A DNA stretch of 64,000 nt from a virus (lineage: Duplodnaviria; Caudoviricetes): the IMG/VR virus record IMGVR_UViG_3300030330_005258, positions 90,578 to 154,577 of that record; one strand, given 5' to 3'. The first letter of the stretch is position 1, and each line of letters begins with the position of its first letter. This document shows positions 48,618-55,526 of this stretch, in pieces. Below the pieces are notes generated by a model. That model was given only the letters and a program-made list of their open reading frames with translations, had not been told where the DNA came from and did not search any database. The translations under genes and the position numbers were made by a program.

Positions 48618-48820
48618 AGACAGTAGATCAAGTTAACCAAGAGCATATGATATTTGAAAATTTTGAAATAAATGGCAAAAAAATAACAATTTATATCTCT
48701 CATGACGAAATTAACGCTTTGTTGTCCTCATATGACTCAAGTGATTTCAACTCTCCTGACATCGTAACCTGTAGGGCGCTAGCACGATTAATACTAGACG
48801 CCCTAAAGTCAGCACAATAA
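48614..48820 (+). CDS. Small hypothetical protein (possible fibre chaperone)
   Basis: ATGA overlap at 48614 with AAGGA upstream; 68 aa. Confidence 0.5.
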   Translation: MKTVDQVNQEHMIFENFEINGKKITIYISHDEINALLSSYDSSDFNSPDIVTCRALARLILDALKSAQ

Positions 48821-48845
48821 ACATTTGCTTTTACTTCATTTACGC

Positions 48846-48853
48846 ACTATTTA
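48846..48853 (+). promoter_or_regulatory. Putative late-promoter box ACTATTTA (scaffold-MCP unit)
   Basis: Exact motif 42 nt before 48888. Confidence 0.65.
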
Positions 48854-48887
48854 AAATGAAAAACTATTTCTATAGGAGTTTTTGTTT

Positions 48888-50021
48888 ATGTCCTCATTAT
48901 TAGAGCAAGCAATCGTAGACGCAAAGGCGTTGAAGGAAGCCGCAATGAAAAATGCGGAGGCCACAATTATCGACAAGTATTCGGAAGAAGTCAAGTCCAC
49001 CCTCAACCAGTTACTGGAGCAGGACGAACTTGAGGCTCTTCTTGGCGGGGGAGAAGAAACCCCAACTGCTGGTGCTGAAGCAGCAATAGACGAAGAAGTC
49101 GAAGCCGACGAGATTGCCGAAGGCGTCCCTGATGCATTCACCGAGGACAGCACTGCTCTTGGCGGCGTAAACGAAGGCGAAGCAGCAGAGGTCACAATTG
49201 ATTTTAAAGAACTTGCCGAGGCACTTAGCCAGCTTCGTGAAGGTATCGAAGAAGAGGAAACTCTTGAAGAGGCTGAAAAGGAAGAAGCTGAAGAGAAAAA
49301 AGACGAAGAAACCATGGACGAAGAAATGGAACTAGATGAAGATTCCATCATGGAAATGGTAGCCTCAATGCTTTCTGAAGAAGATGAAGAAACTCTTGAG
49401 GAAGCCGAAGAAGAAGTTATGGAAGAGGGCGAAGAAGATGGAGAACTTTACGAAGAACTCTCTGATGCCCTCTTAGAAGCAATTATGGAAAAACTTACCG
49501 TAGACATGGGTGCTACGCTCTCTGGCTGGGCTGGTCGTTCTGAAGAATCAGTCAAGCACCAGATGGAGCTAGAGATGGCTCATCGTCGCAGCACCGAAGT
49601 CGCAGAAGAACTCGAAGCACTTAAGAAGGCTCAAGAAGAGCTAGTATTCGAGAACAAGAAATTAAAACAAAATCTTTCCAACTACCAAGAAGTAGTTGAA
49701 TCTCTTAAGGAGAATGTGCAGGATGTAAATCTTAGTAATGCACGACTCCTTTACACCAACCGCACGCTGAGAAATACCTCCCTGAATGAGCGACAAAAAG
49801 AAAGAATTGTCGAAGCGATTTCTAAGGCTGGTTCGGTTGAGGAAGCAAAGACAATCCACGAGACACTTCAAAGCACAGTGGCGTCCACTCCCAAGAGAGG
49901 ACCAAAATCACTAAGCGAAGCTATCACCCGTCCAACTTCCGTTATCCGTGCTTCTCGCAAGGAAGAACCCAAAGTGGATCCCTTTACTGCGAGAATGCGT
50001 AAACTAGCAGGTATCAATTAA
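48888..50021 (+). CDS. Prohead scaffold/core protein (T4 gp22 position)
   Basis: Very acidic, repeated LEE sites, coiled coil, NARLLYTN, C-terminal RMRKLAGI; directly upstream of the MCP. Confidence 0.8.
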   Translation: MSSLLEQAIVDAKALKEAAMKNAEATIIDKYSEEVKSTLNQLLEQDELEALLGGGEETPTAGAEAAIDEEVEADEIAEGVPDAFTEDSTALGGVNEGEAAEVTIDFKELAEALSQLREGIEEEETLEEAEKEEAEEKKDEETMDEEMELDEDSIMEMVASMLSEEDEETLEEAEEEVMEEGEEDGELYEELSDALLEAIMEKLTVDMGATLSGWAGRSEESVKHQMELEMAHRRSTEVAEELEALKKAQEELVFENKKLKQNLSNYQEVVESLKENVQDVNLSNARLLYTNRTLRNTSLNERQKERIVEAISKAGSVEEAKTIHETLQSTVASTPKRGPKSLSEAITRPTSVIRASRKEEPKVDPFTARMRKLAGIN

Positions 50022-50047
50022 ATCAAATTTAAGGAGGATTTATAATT

Positions 50048-51808
50048 ATGTCTAGTATTGTAAACAGATTGACCGAAGGCGTTGTCAATCGTGATATGCG
50101 TGCTGAGTCCCACGCACTTCTTTCCAAGTGGAAGAAGACCGGACTTCTAGAGGGTCTTGAGGATGAGCGCAAGCAAAACACCATGGCCCGCCTACTTGAA
50201 AACCAAGCCAAGGAACTTCTTCGTGAGCAGACCTCAATGGGTGCTGGCGATGTAGAAGGTTTCGCTGCTGTTGCGTTCCCAATTGTTCGCCGCGTGTTCG
50301 CTGGTCTTATCGCCAACGATCTCGTTAGCGTTCAGCCAATGAGCCTTCCCAGTGGTCTTATCTTCTTCCTCGACTTTGTTTACTCCGCAAACATTGGCGC
50401 GAGCGGAACCATGGTTGATCGGTTTGGCAACACTGCTGATAAGTCAATCTACGGTACTGATCGTGTCGGTTCACAGATCACCGGTGGTGTTGGTCTTGTT
50501 GGCAGCCTTGCAGAAAACCTTTCCGGTCCCCGCGACATGGTTGGTTACGCTTACGGCTCACCTGAAACTCTTCAACTTGTGACTGCTTCTGCTACCAACT
50601 TCACCGTTGGCGAACGTGTTGCAATTTCTGCAATCACCGAAGCACAGAAGAAGCTTATCAAGTACGACCCTGACGTTCTTGCTGAGACTAGCAACAACCT
50701 ATTCCAGCTTAAGTTCCCAGAGTCAGGATTGACCAGACCAGATCTCGATAACCTTTCTGCTTTCGATATCTCTGGTTCATCAGTTGGTAGATTTGGTGAC
50801 ACAGCCAACCTCACCGACACGAACACCAAGCTAATTCGTCGTCTAACTTCCACTGACGGCACCGATATTAGCTTCTTCTTCGTGTCAAGTCACGGAGATG
50901 CTCTAACACTAGCAGTTAGCACCAGAGACGGTGACTACGCTCACATTGAGCATCCCACCAAGGATGGTGTTGAGTCTTCAACTAACGCAGCCGCAGGTGC
51001 CATTGACACTTACAGTATGCTTCTAGAAGCTAACGCTGAAATCCCTGAGATTGACATCAAGGTTGATTCCATTGCTGTCACCGCTCAGACCAAGAAGCTC
51101 AAGGCCAAGTGGACCCCAGAGCTTGGTCAGGACCTCAACGCATACCACAACTTGGATGCAGAGGTTGAGCTTACCTCAATTCTCTCCGAGCAGATTGCTC
51201 TTGAGATTGACCGTGAGATCCTTGCTGACCTCGTGAACGGTGCTACCGCAGCTACCCGCTACTGGTCTCGTGCCCCTGGTCTCTTTGTTGATTCCAATGG
51301 TAACGAGCTAGGCGCAACTTCTGCTGCTCCTGACTTCACCGGTACCGTCTCCGAGTGGTACGAGACCCTCGTTGAAACCATCAACGATGTCTCCGCACAG
51401 ATTCACCGCAAGACTCTTCGTGGTGGTGCTAACTTCGTGGTTTGTTCACCCGAAGTTGCCAACATCCTTGAGTTCACCGCTGGCTTCCGTGCAAGCGTCA
51501 CTCACGACGACGAGAAGGGCTCCATTGGCGCTCTCCGCGTTGGTTCACTAAGCAAGAAGTTTGATGTCATTGTTGACCCCTACTTCCTCCGCAACGTGGT
51601 CCTCGTTGGTCGTCGCGGTGCTTCTTTCCTTGAAAGCGGCTATGTCTACGCACCTTACGTGCCACTACAGACTACTCCCACAATCTTCGGACCTGAAGAC
51701 TTCGTGCCACGTAAGGGTGTTATGACCCGTTACGCGAAGAAGATGGTTCGTCCAGATATGTACGGTCTAGTCGTCGTTCGTGGTCTACTTGGTGAGTCCG
51801 GCTCCTGA
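50048..51808 (+). CDS. Major capsid protein (T4 gp23-like)
   Basis: LLENQ, PIVRR, SVQPMSLPSGLIF, KLKAKWTPE..QDL.A.H.LDAE.EL..IL...IALEIDREI, YAPYVPL and GVMTRY. Confidence 0.96.
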   Translation: MSSIVNRLTEGVVNRDMRAESHALLSKWKKTGLLEGLEDERKQNTMARLLENQAKELLREQTSMGAGDVEGFAAVAFPIVRRVFAGLIANDLVSVQPMSLPSGLIFFLDFVYSANIGASGTMVDRFGNTADKSIYGTDRVGSQITGGVGLVGSLAENLSGPRDMVGYAYGSPETLQLVTASATNFTVGERVAISAITEAQKKLIKYDPDVLAETSNNLFQLKFPESGLTRPDLDNLSAFDISGSSVGRFGDTANLTDTNTKLIRRLTSTDGTDISFFFVSSHGDALTLAVSTRDGDYAHIEHPTKDGVESSTNAAAGAIDTYSMLLEANAEIPEIDIKVDSIAVTAQTKKLKAKWTPELGQDLNAYHNLDAEVELTSILSEQIALEIDREILADLVNGATAATRYWSRAPGLFVDSNGNELGATSAAPDFTGTVSEWYETLVETINDVSAQIHRKTLRGGANFVVCSPEVANILEFTAGFRASVTHDDEKGSIGALRVGSLSKKFDVIVDPYFLRNVVLVGRRGASFLESGYVYAPYVPLQTTPTIFGPEDFVPRKGVMTRYAKKMVRPDMYGLVVVRGLLGESGS

Positions 51809-51828
51809 TAGCTAACTAACCTAAAACT

Positions 51829-51860
51829 AAGCCCCTCGTCGCAAGGCGGGGGGTTTTTTT
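51829..51860 (+). terminator. Rho-independent terminator after MCP
   Basis: GCCCCTCGTC-GCAA-GGCGGGGGGT followed by a T-run. Confidence 0.85.
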
Positions 51861-51889
51861 ATTGTGCGAGGCTTTTAATAAAATACCAT

Positions 51890-51897
51890 ACTATTTA
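51890..51897 (+). promoter_or_regulatory. Putative late-promoter box ACTATTTA
   Basis: Exact motif followed by a CGATGT-TAT-ACATCG hairpin and an AAGGAG SD. Confidence 0.65.
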
Positions 51898-51955
51898 ATA
51901 TGAATTCGCGATGTTATACATCGAGTATTAAAGCATATTTAAAGGAGATTATAAT

Positions 51956-52402
51956 ATGGCTAAAGTAGCAAGAGCGGCAAGAGTAGCAAGCCGTCAAAGA
52001 CCAGAGAGTATTTCTGGCAGCAAAACTATTGAAAGTGCAGAGACCGGAGAACTTTATTTGGTAAGTGCAGCAGCATCAGTTACCTTACCAGCAGTTCAAG
52101 ATGGGGCATACTTCAAGTTTATTTTAACCGCTGATATCACTTCAGCTACTGCGTTGGTTATCACCGCTGCTGGCTCTGCAAAGATCGCTGGTTTAGTAAT
52201 CGCAACACAAGGCGCTAACATACGTGAATCAGTTCAAGCAGCCACTGGTGGCGGTAACACAATATTAACAATTGGTTCTACTGGTAACAAGGTTTTGGCT
52301 GGCTCATCCGTAGAGTGTTATTGCGATGGAACAAACTGGCATGTTACTGGGACTGTTGCAGGTGATAACTCTGATATCACAGCATGTGCATTCTCATCAT
52401 AG
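51956..52402 (+). CDS. Putative capsid decoration protein; stand-alone relative of the fibre C-terminal domain
   Basis: VTLPA...G..F.F and C-terminal CDGTNWHV resemble the shared domain of the 42.7-47.8 kb paralogues. Follows the MCP. Confidence 0.55.
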   Translation: MAKVARAARVASRQRPESISGSKTIESAETGELYLVSAAASVTLPAVQDGAYFKFILTADITSATALVITAAGSAKIAGLVIATQGANIRESVQAATGGGNTILTIGSTGNKVLAGSSVECYCDGTNWHVTGTVAGDNSDITACAFSS

Positions 52403-52410
52403 GATAAATA

Positions 52411-52689
52411 ATGGGTCGTAGAAAGAAAAGAGCGAGACTTCTCGCACGTCGGGCAGCGCTTTTGGGAACTCCAGAAGCCGCCCCTGTGGTTGAGCAGGCA
52501 CCAGTTGTAGTTGAAGCTGCACCTGTTGTCGAGGAGCCAGTAGTAGTAGCTGCTCCAGTTGTTGAAGAGCCAGTTGTCGTAGAGGCACCAAAGGTTGCAA
52601 AGCCTGTTGCCAAGAAGACAACGAGAGCAAGAAAGACAACCACCGCACGCAAGAGAACCACAGCAAAGAAGACTACAGCTAAAAAATAA
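52411..52689 (+). CDS. Low-complexity protein with (E/A)PVV repeats and a histone H1-like basic tail
   Basis: AGGA SD; APVVE/EPVVV repeats, then KKTT/RKTT/KRTT repeats. Confidence 0.65.
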   Translation: MGRRKKRARLLARRAALLGTPEAAPVVEQAPVVVEAAPVVEEPVVVAAPVVEEPVVVEAPKVAKPVAKKTTRARKTTTARKRTTAKKTTAKK

Positions 52690-52708
52690 TATTGTCTCCT
52701 TCAATGTT

Positions 52709-52740
52709 GCCCCCTCATCTATTAAGGTGAGGGGGTTTTT
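52709..52740 (+). terminator. Rho-independent terminator
   Basis: GCCCCCTCATCT-ATTA-AGGTGAGGGGGT followed by TTTT. Confidence 0.85.
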
Positions 52741-52752
52741 GTTTGTGCTTTC

Positions 52753-52760
52753 ACTATTTA
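52753..52760 (+). promoter_or_regulatory. Putative late-promoter box ACTATTTA
   Basis: Exact motif 30 nt before the neck gene. Confidence 0.65.
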
Positions 52761-52782
52761 CTACGAACAGGAGGCTCCATGA

Positions 52783-54060
52783 ATGCCCACGAACTTACAA
52801 CCACTTTCAGAAACTAGCGCAATTATTCTTTCTTCTACGGGCTCTACAGATGATGTAGCTTCCGCAGTTCCTTTTGGCATGTATACCGGCTCTGTCGAAT
52901 TTATAACTGGAGCCGCAAGACAAGTAAACTATGTATTCAAAAAACTTGGCGGTGATGTTGTAGATATCGAGCTTACTAATGATAATGTATACGCTGCTTA
53001 TGAAGAGGCAGTTTTAGAATATTCTTACATTGTCAATATGCATCAAGGCAAGAATGTCCTTTCTGATACTCTTGGTAAACTGACTGGCACCTTCGATCAC
53101 AAAGGTGAGATTGTTAGTGGTCCTGCTAGCGCAAGTTTGCAATACCCAAGAGTAACACTCTCTTACGCCAACAAGATTGGTGATGGCGTTTCCACCATGG
53201 CGGGTGTAGGTGGGACTACTCGGATCTATTCTGCCTCTTTTACTACAGTAAAAAATCAGCAAGACTACGATCTTCAATCCATTGTGTCAGCAGCTTCAGA
53301 CACAGGCTTAGACGATGACGGCAACGCTGTCCCTTATGCTGGAAAAGTTGGAGACTCTAGGGTAATCATAGATAAAGTTTTTTATCGCTCTCCAATCGCC
53401 ATGTGGCGCTTCTATGGCTACTATGGTGGTATAGGAGTTGTGGGTAATTATTCGACGTATGGTCAATACGCTGATGATTCAACTTTTGAAATTGTACCAA
53501 GTTGGCAAAATAAACTACAAGCTATAATGTATGAAGATTCTTTGTATACTAGAGTTTCACATTATTCTTATGAGATCTTGAACAACAGGCTGCGCTTGTA
53601 TCCAACACCACGCGGAAGTGATAACTTTTCGGGATTTTTAGATAGGGTCTGGTTCCGTTTCAGAATAGCTGATAATTCTTGGGGCGAAGGCGATGAAACA
53701 AACACCGGCGTTCTTGGTGTCAACAACATCAACACGCTTCCATTTGACAATATTCCATACGAGAATATAAACTCAATGGGCAAGCAATGGATTCGCAATT
53801 ATGCTCTTGCACTTTGTAAGGAAATGCTTGGTCAGATTCGCGGTAAGTTCCAAACTGTTCCAATTCCTGGCGAATCTGTCACCTTGAATTACTCTTCCCT
53901 TCTTTCGGAGGCACAAAAAGAAAAAGATGATCTTCGTCAAGGTCTAACAGATATGCTGAAAGAGATTGAATACCCAGAATTGGCAAAGAAAGAACAAGAG
54001 AAGGTCACGGCAGCAGAAGAAACTCTTCGTCGCTCTCCGCTACCAATCTTTGTAGGATAA
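52783..54060 (+). CDS. Neck/head-completion protein (T4 gp13-like)
   Basis: LGGDVVDIELT, LRLYPTP, WIRNYALALCKEMLG..RGKF..P.PG..VTLN. Confidence 0.82.
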   Translation: MPTNLQPLSETSAIILSSTGSTDDVASAVPFGMYTGSVEFITGAARQVNYVFKKLGGDVVDIELTNDNVYAAYEEAVLEYSYIVNMHQGKNVLSDTLGKLTGTFDHKGEIVSGPASASLQYPRVTLSYANKIGDGVSTMAGVGGTTRIYSASFTTVKNQQDYDLQSIVSAASDTGLDDDGNAVPYAGKVGDSRVIIDKVFYRSPIAMWRFYGYYGGIGVVGNYSTYGQYADDSTFEIVPSWQNKLQAIMYEDSLYTRVSHYSYEILNNRLRLYPTPRGSDNFSGFLDRVWFRFRIADNSWGEGDETNTGVLGVNNINTLPFDNIPYENINSMGKQWIRNYALALCKEMLGQIRGKFQTVPIPGESVTLNYSSLLSEAQKEKDDLRQGLTDMLKEIEYPELAKKEQEKVTAAEETLRRSPLPIFVG

Positions 54061-54064
54061 TTAA

Positions 54065-54556
54065 ATGTCAGATAACGAATGGTCCAGACCAGCATCGCCG
54101 CCGCCCCCACTCTTTCTTGGAAAGAAAGAGCGCGATCTTGTTAAGCAAGTCAATGATGAACTTGTAGAAAAGGTTATTGGGCAGCAGATACTATATTATC
54201 CTATTGATATGGAGACAACAAATTTTCATGACCTATACGGTGAGGCAATAGAAAAAACTTTCCTACCTCCTGTCAGGGTGTATGCCCTTGTTAAATTTGA
54301 TGATGAAGGCACATCATACCTTGATTCTGTTGGAATAGACGGCAGTTCACAAATTACCGTACACTTTCATAAGCGCAGGCTCACAGAGGACCAAGACCTT
54401 TTTGTTCGCGAGGGCGACTTTGTCCTTTACGGCGAGAGATATTACGAGATTTTAAAACTTTCTTCTTCAAGAAAGTTGTTTGGACAAGTAAACCAAACAT
54501 TCGAAACCTCTGCTATTTGTAAGAGGGCACGCAAGGGACTATTCGATGCTACCTAA
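54065..54556 (+). CDS. Neck/head-closure protein (T4 gp14-like)
   Basis: ILYYP....LYGE....F, REGDFV.YG..YYEI; follows the gp13-like gene. Confidence 0.7.
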   Translation: MSDNEWSRPASPPPPLFLGKKERDLVKQVNDELVEKVIGQQILYYPIDMETTNFHDLYGEAIEKTFLPPVRVYALVKFDDEGTSYLDSVGIDGSSQITVHFHKRRLTEDQDLFVREGDFVLYGERYYEILKLSSSRKLFGQVNQTFETSAICKRARKGLFDAT

Positions 54557-55433
54557 TAATTTTGATTTTGCACAGCTACCAGATGATAGACAAGACTTTT
54601 CTCTCAAAGAGATAGGGATATTAGCTTCACGTATCGAAGATATAGATTATGCGATCACATCCTGGCTTAAAGAAGATCTAGATCTCTCGACCATCACCAA
54701 TGAGGGATATAAAAGAGTTCCTGTGCTTTGGCAAACACCTGAACGTGCGTTTCAAATTAAAAATAATCATGATCTTAGACACCCTGTAGACGATGGTGGT
54801 GGCGTTATAACACTACCTGTTATCTCAATTGAAAGAACAGCAATCACAAAAGATCCAACACAAAAAGGCTCCTTCCAAGCGCATCTATATTCTGATAAGA
54901 GAAACGGAAGAACTGGTCGTATGACTATAGCAAAACGTATCAAGCAAGACAAAACTAGAAACTTCGCAGTTGTTGGAAACACTCGTACCAATACTGATGG
55001 TACAAGACAAAAGTATTTTCCAAGAGTAAACAAAAAGGTAGTTATTGAAACTCTTTCAATTCCAATCCCTGTTTATGTTAATCTCGATTATAAAATTGTT
55101 GTCAAAACCGAGTATCAACAGCAAATGAACGACTTGACACAACCCTTCATGACGAGAACAGGGCAAATAAATTCCTTTGTTATGCGCAGAAATGGACATC
55201 TTTACGAAGCGTTTATTGATCAGGGCTTTAATCAAAATAATAATGTAGCTAATCTAGGAGAAGATGAGAGGCAGTTTACCAGTGAGATAACCATCAAGGT
55301 GCTAGGCTATCTCATAGGCGAAGGCAATAGCGATGATAGACCTATCGTCACAAGAGAAGAAAGCATAGTAGAGATAGCATTCCCTAGAGAGACTGTTGTT
55401 CCAGCCGGAAACGACAACTTTTTTATGGACTGA
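54546..55433 (+). CDS. Tail terminator/sheath stabiliser (T4 gp15-like)
   Basis: VPVL...PER, LPVISIER, PVYVNLDY; lies before the sheath gene. Confidence 0.7.
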   Translation: MLPNNFDFAQLPDDRQDFSLKEIGILASRIEDIDYAITSWLKEDLDLSTITNEGYKRVPVLWQTPERAFQIKNNHDLRHPVDDGGGVITLPVISIERTAITKDPTQKGSFQAHLYSDKRNGRTGRMTIAKRIKQDKTRNFAVVGNTRTNTDGTRQKYFPRVNKKVVIETLSIPIPVYVNLDYKIVVKTEYQQQMNDLTQPFMTRTGQINSFVMRRNGHLYEAFIDQGFNQNNNVANLGEDERQFTSEITIKVLGYLIGEGNSDDRPIVTREESIVEIAFPRETVVPAGNDNFFMD

Positions 55434-55465
55434 AGACTTCCTGAAGTCTCTTTGGTTTAAGTGCT

Positions 55466-55501
55466 ACTATTTACATTGTGATTGAACATGCTATATAGCA
55501 T
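55466..55501 (+). promoter_or_regulatory. ACTATTTA box plus 14-bp palindrome ATGCTATATAGCAT upstream of the sheath gene
   Basis: Motif at 55466-55473 and perfect palindrome at 55488-55501. Preceded by an AGACTT-CCTG-AAGTCT hairpin. Confidence 0.6.
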
Positions 55502-55526
55502 TATCTTATAAAGTGAGGATTAACTA

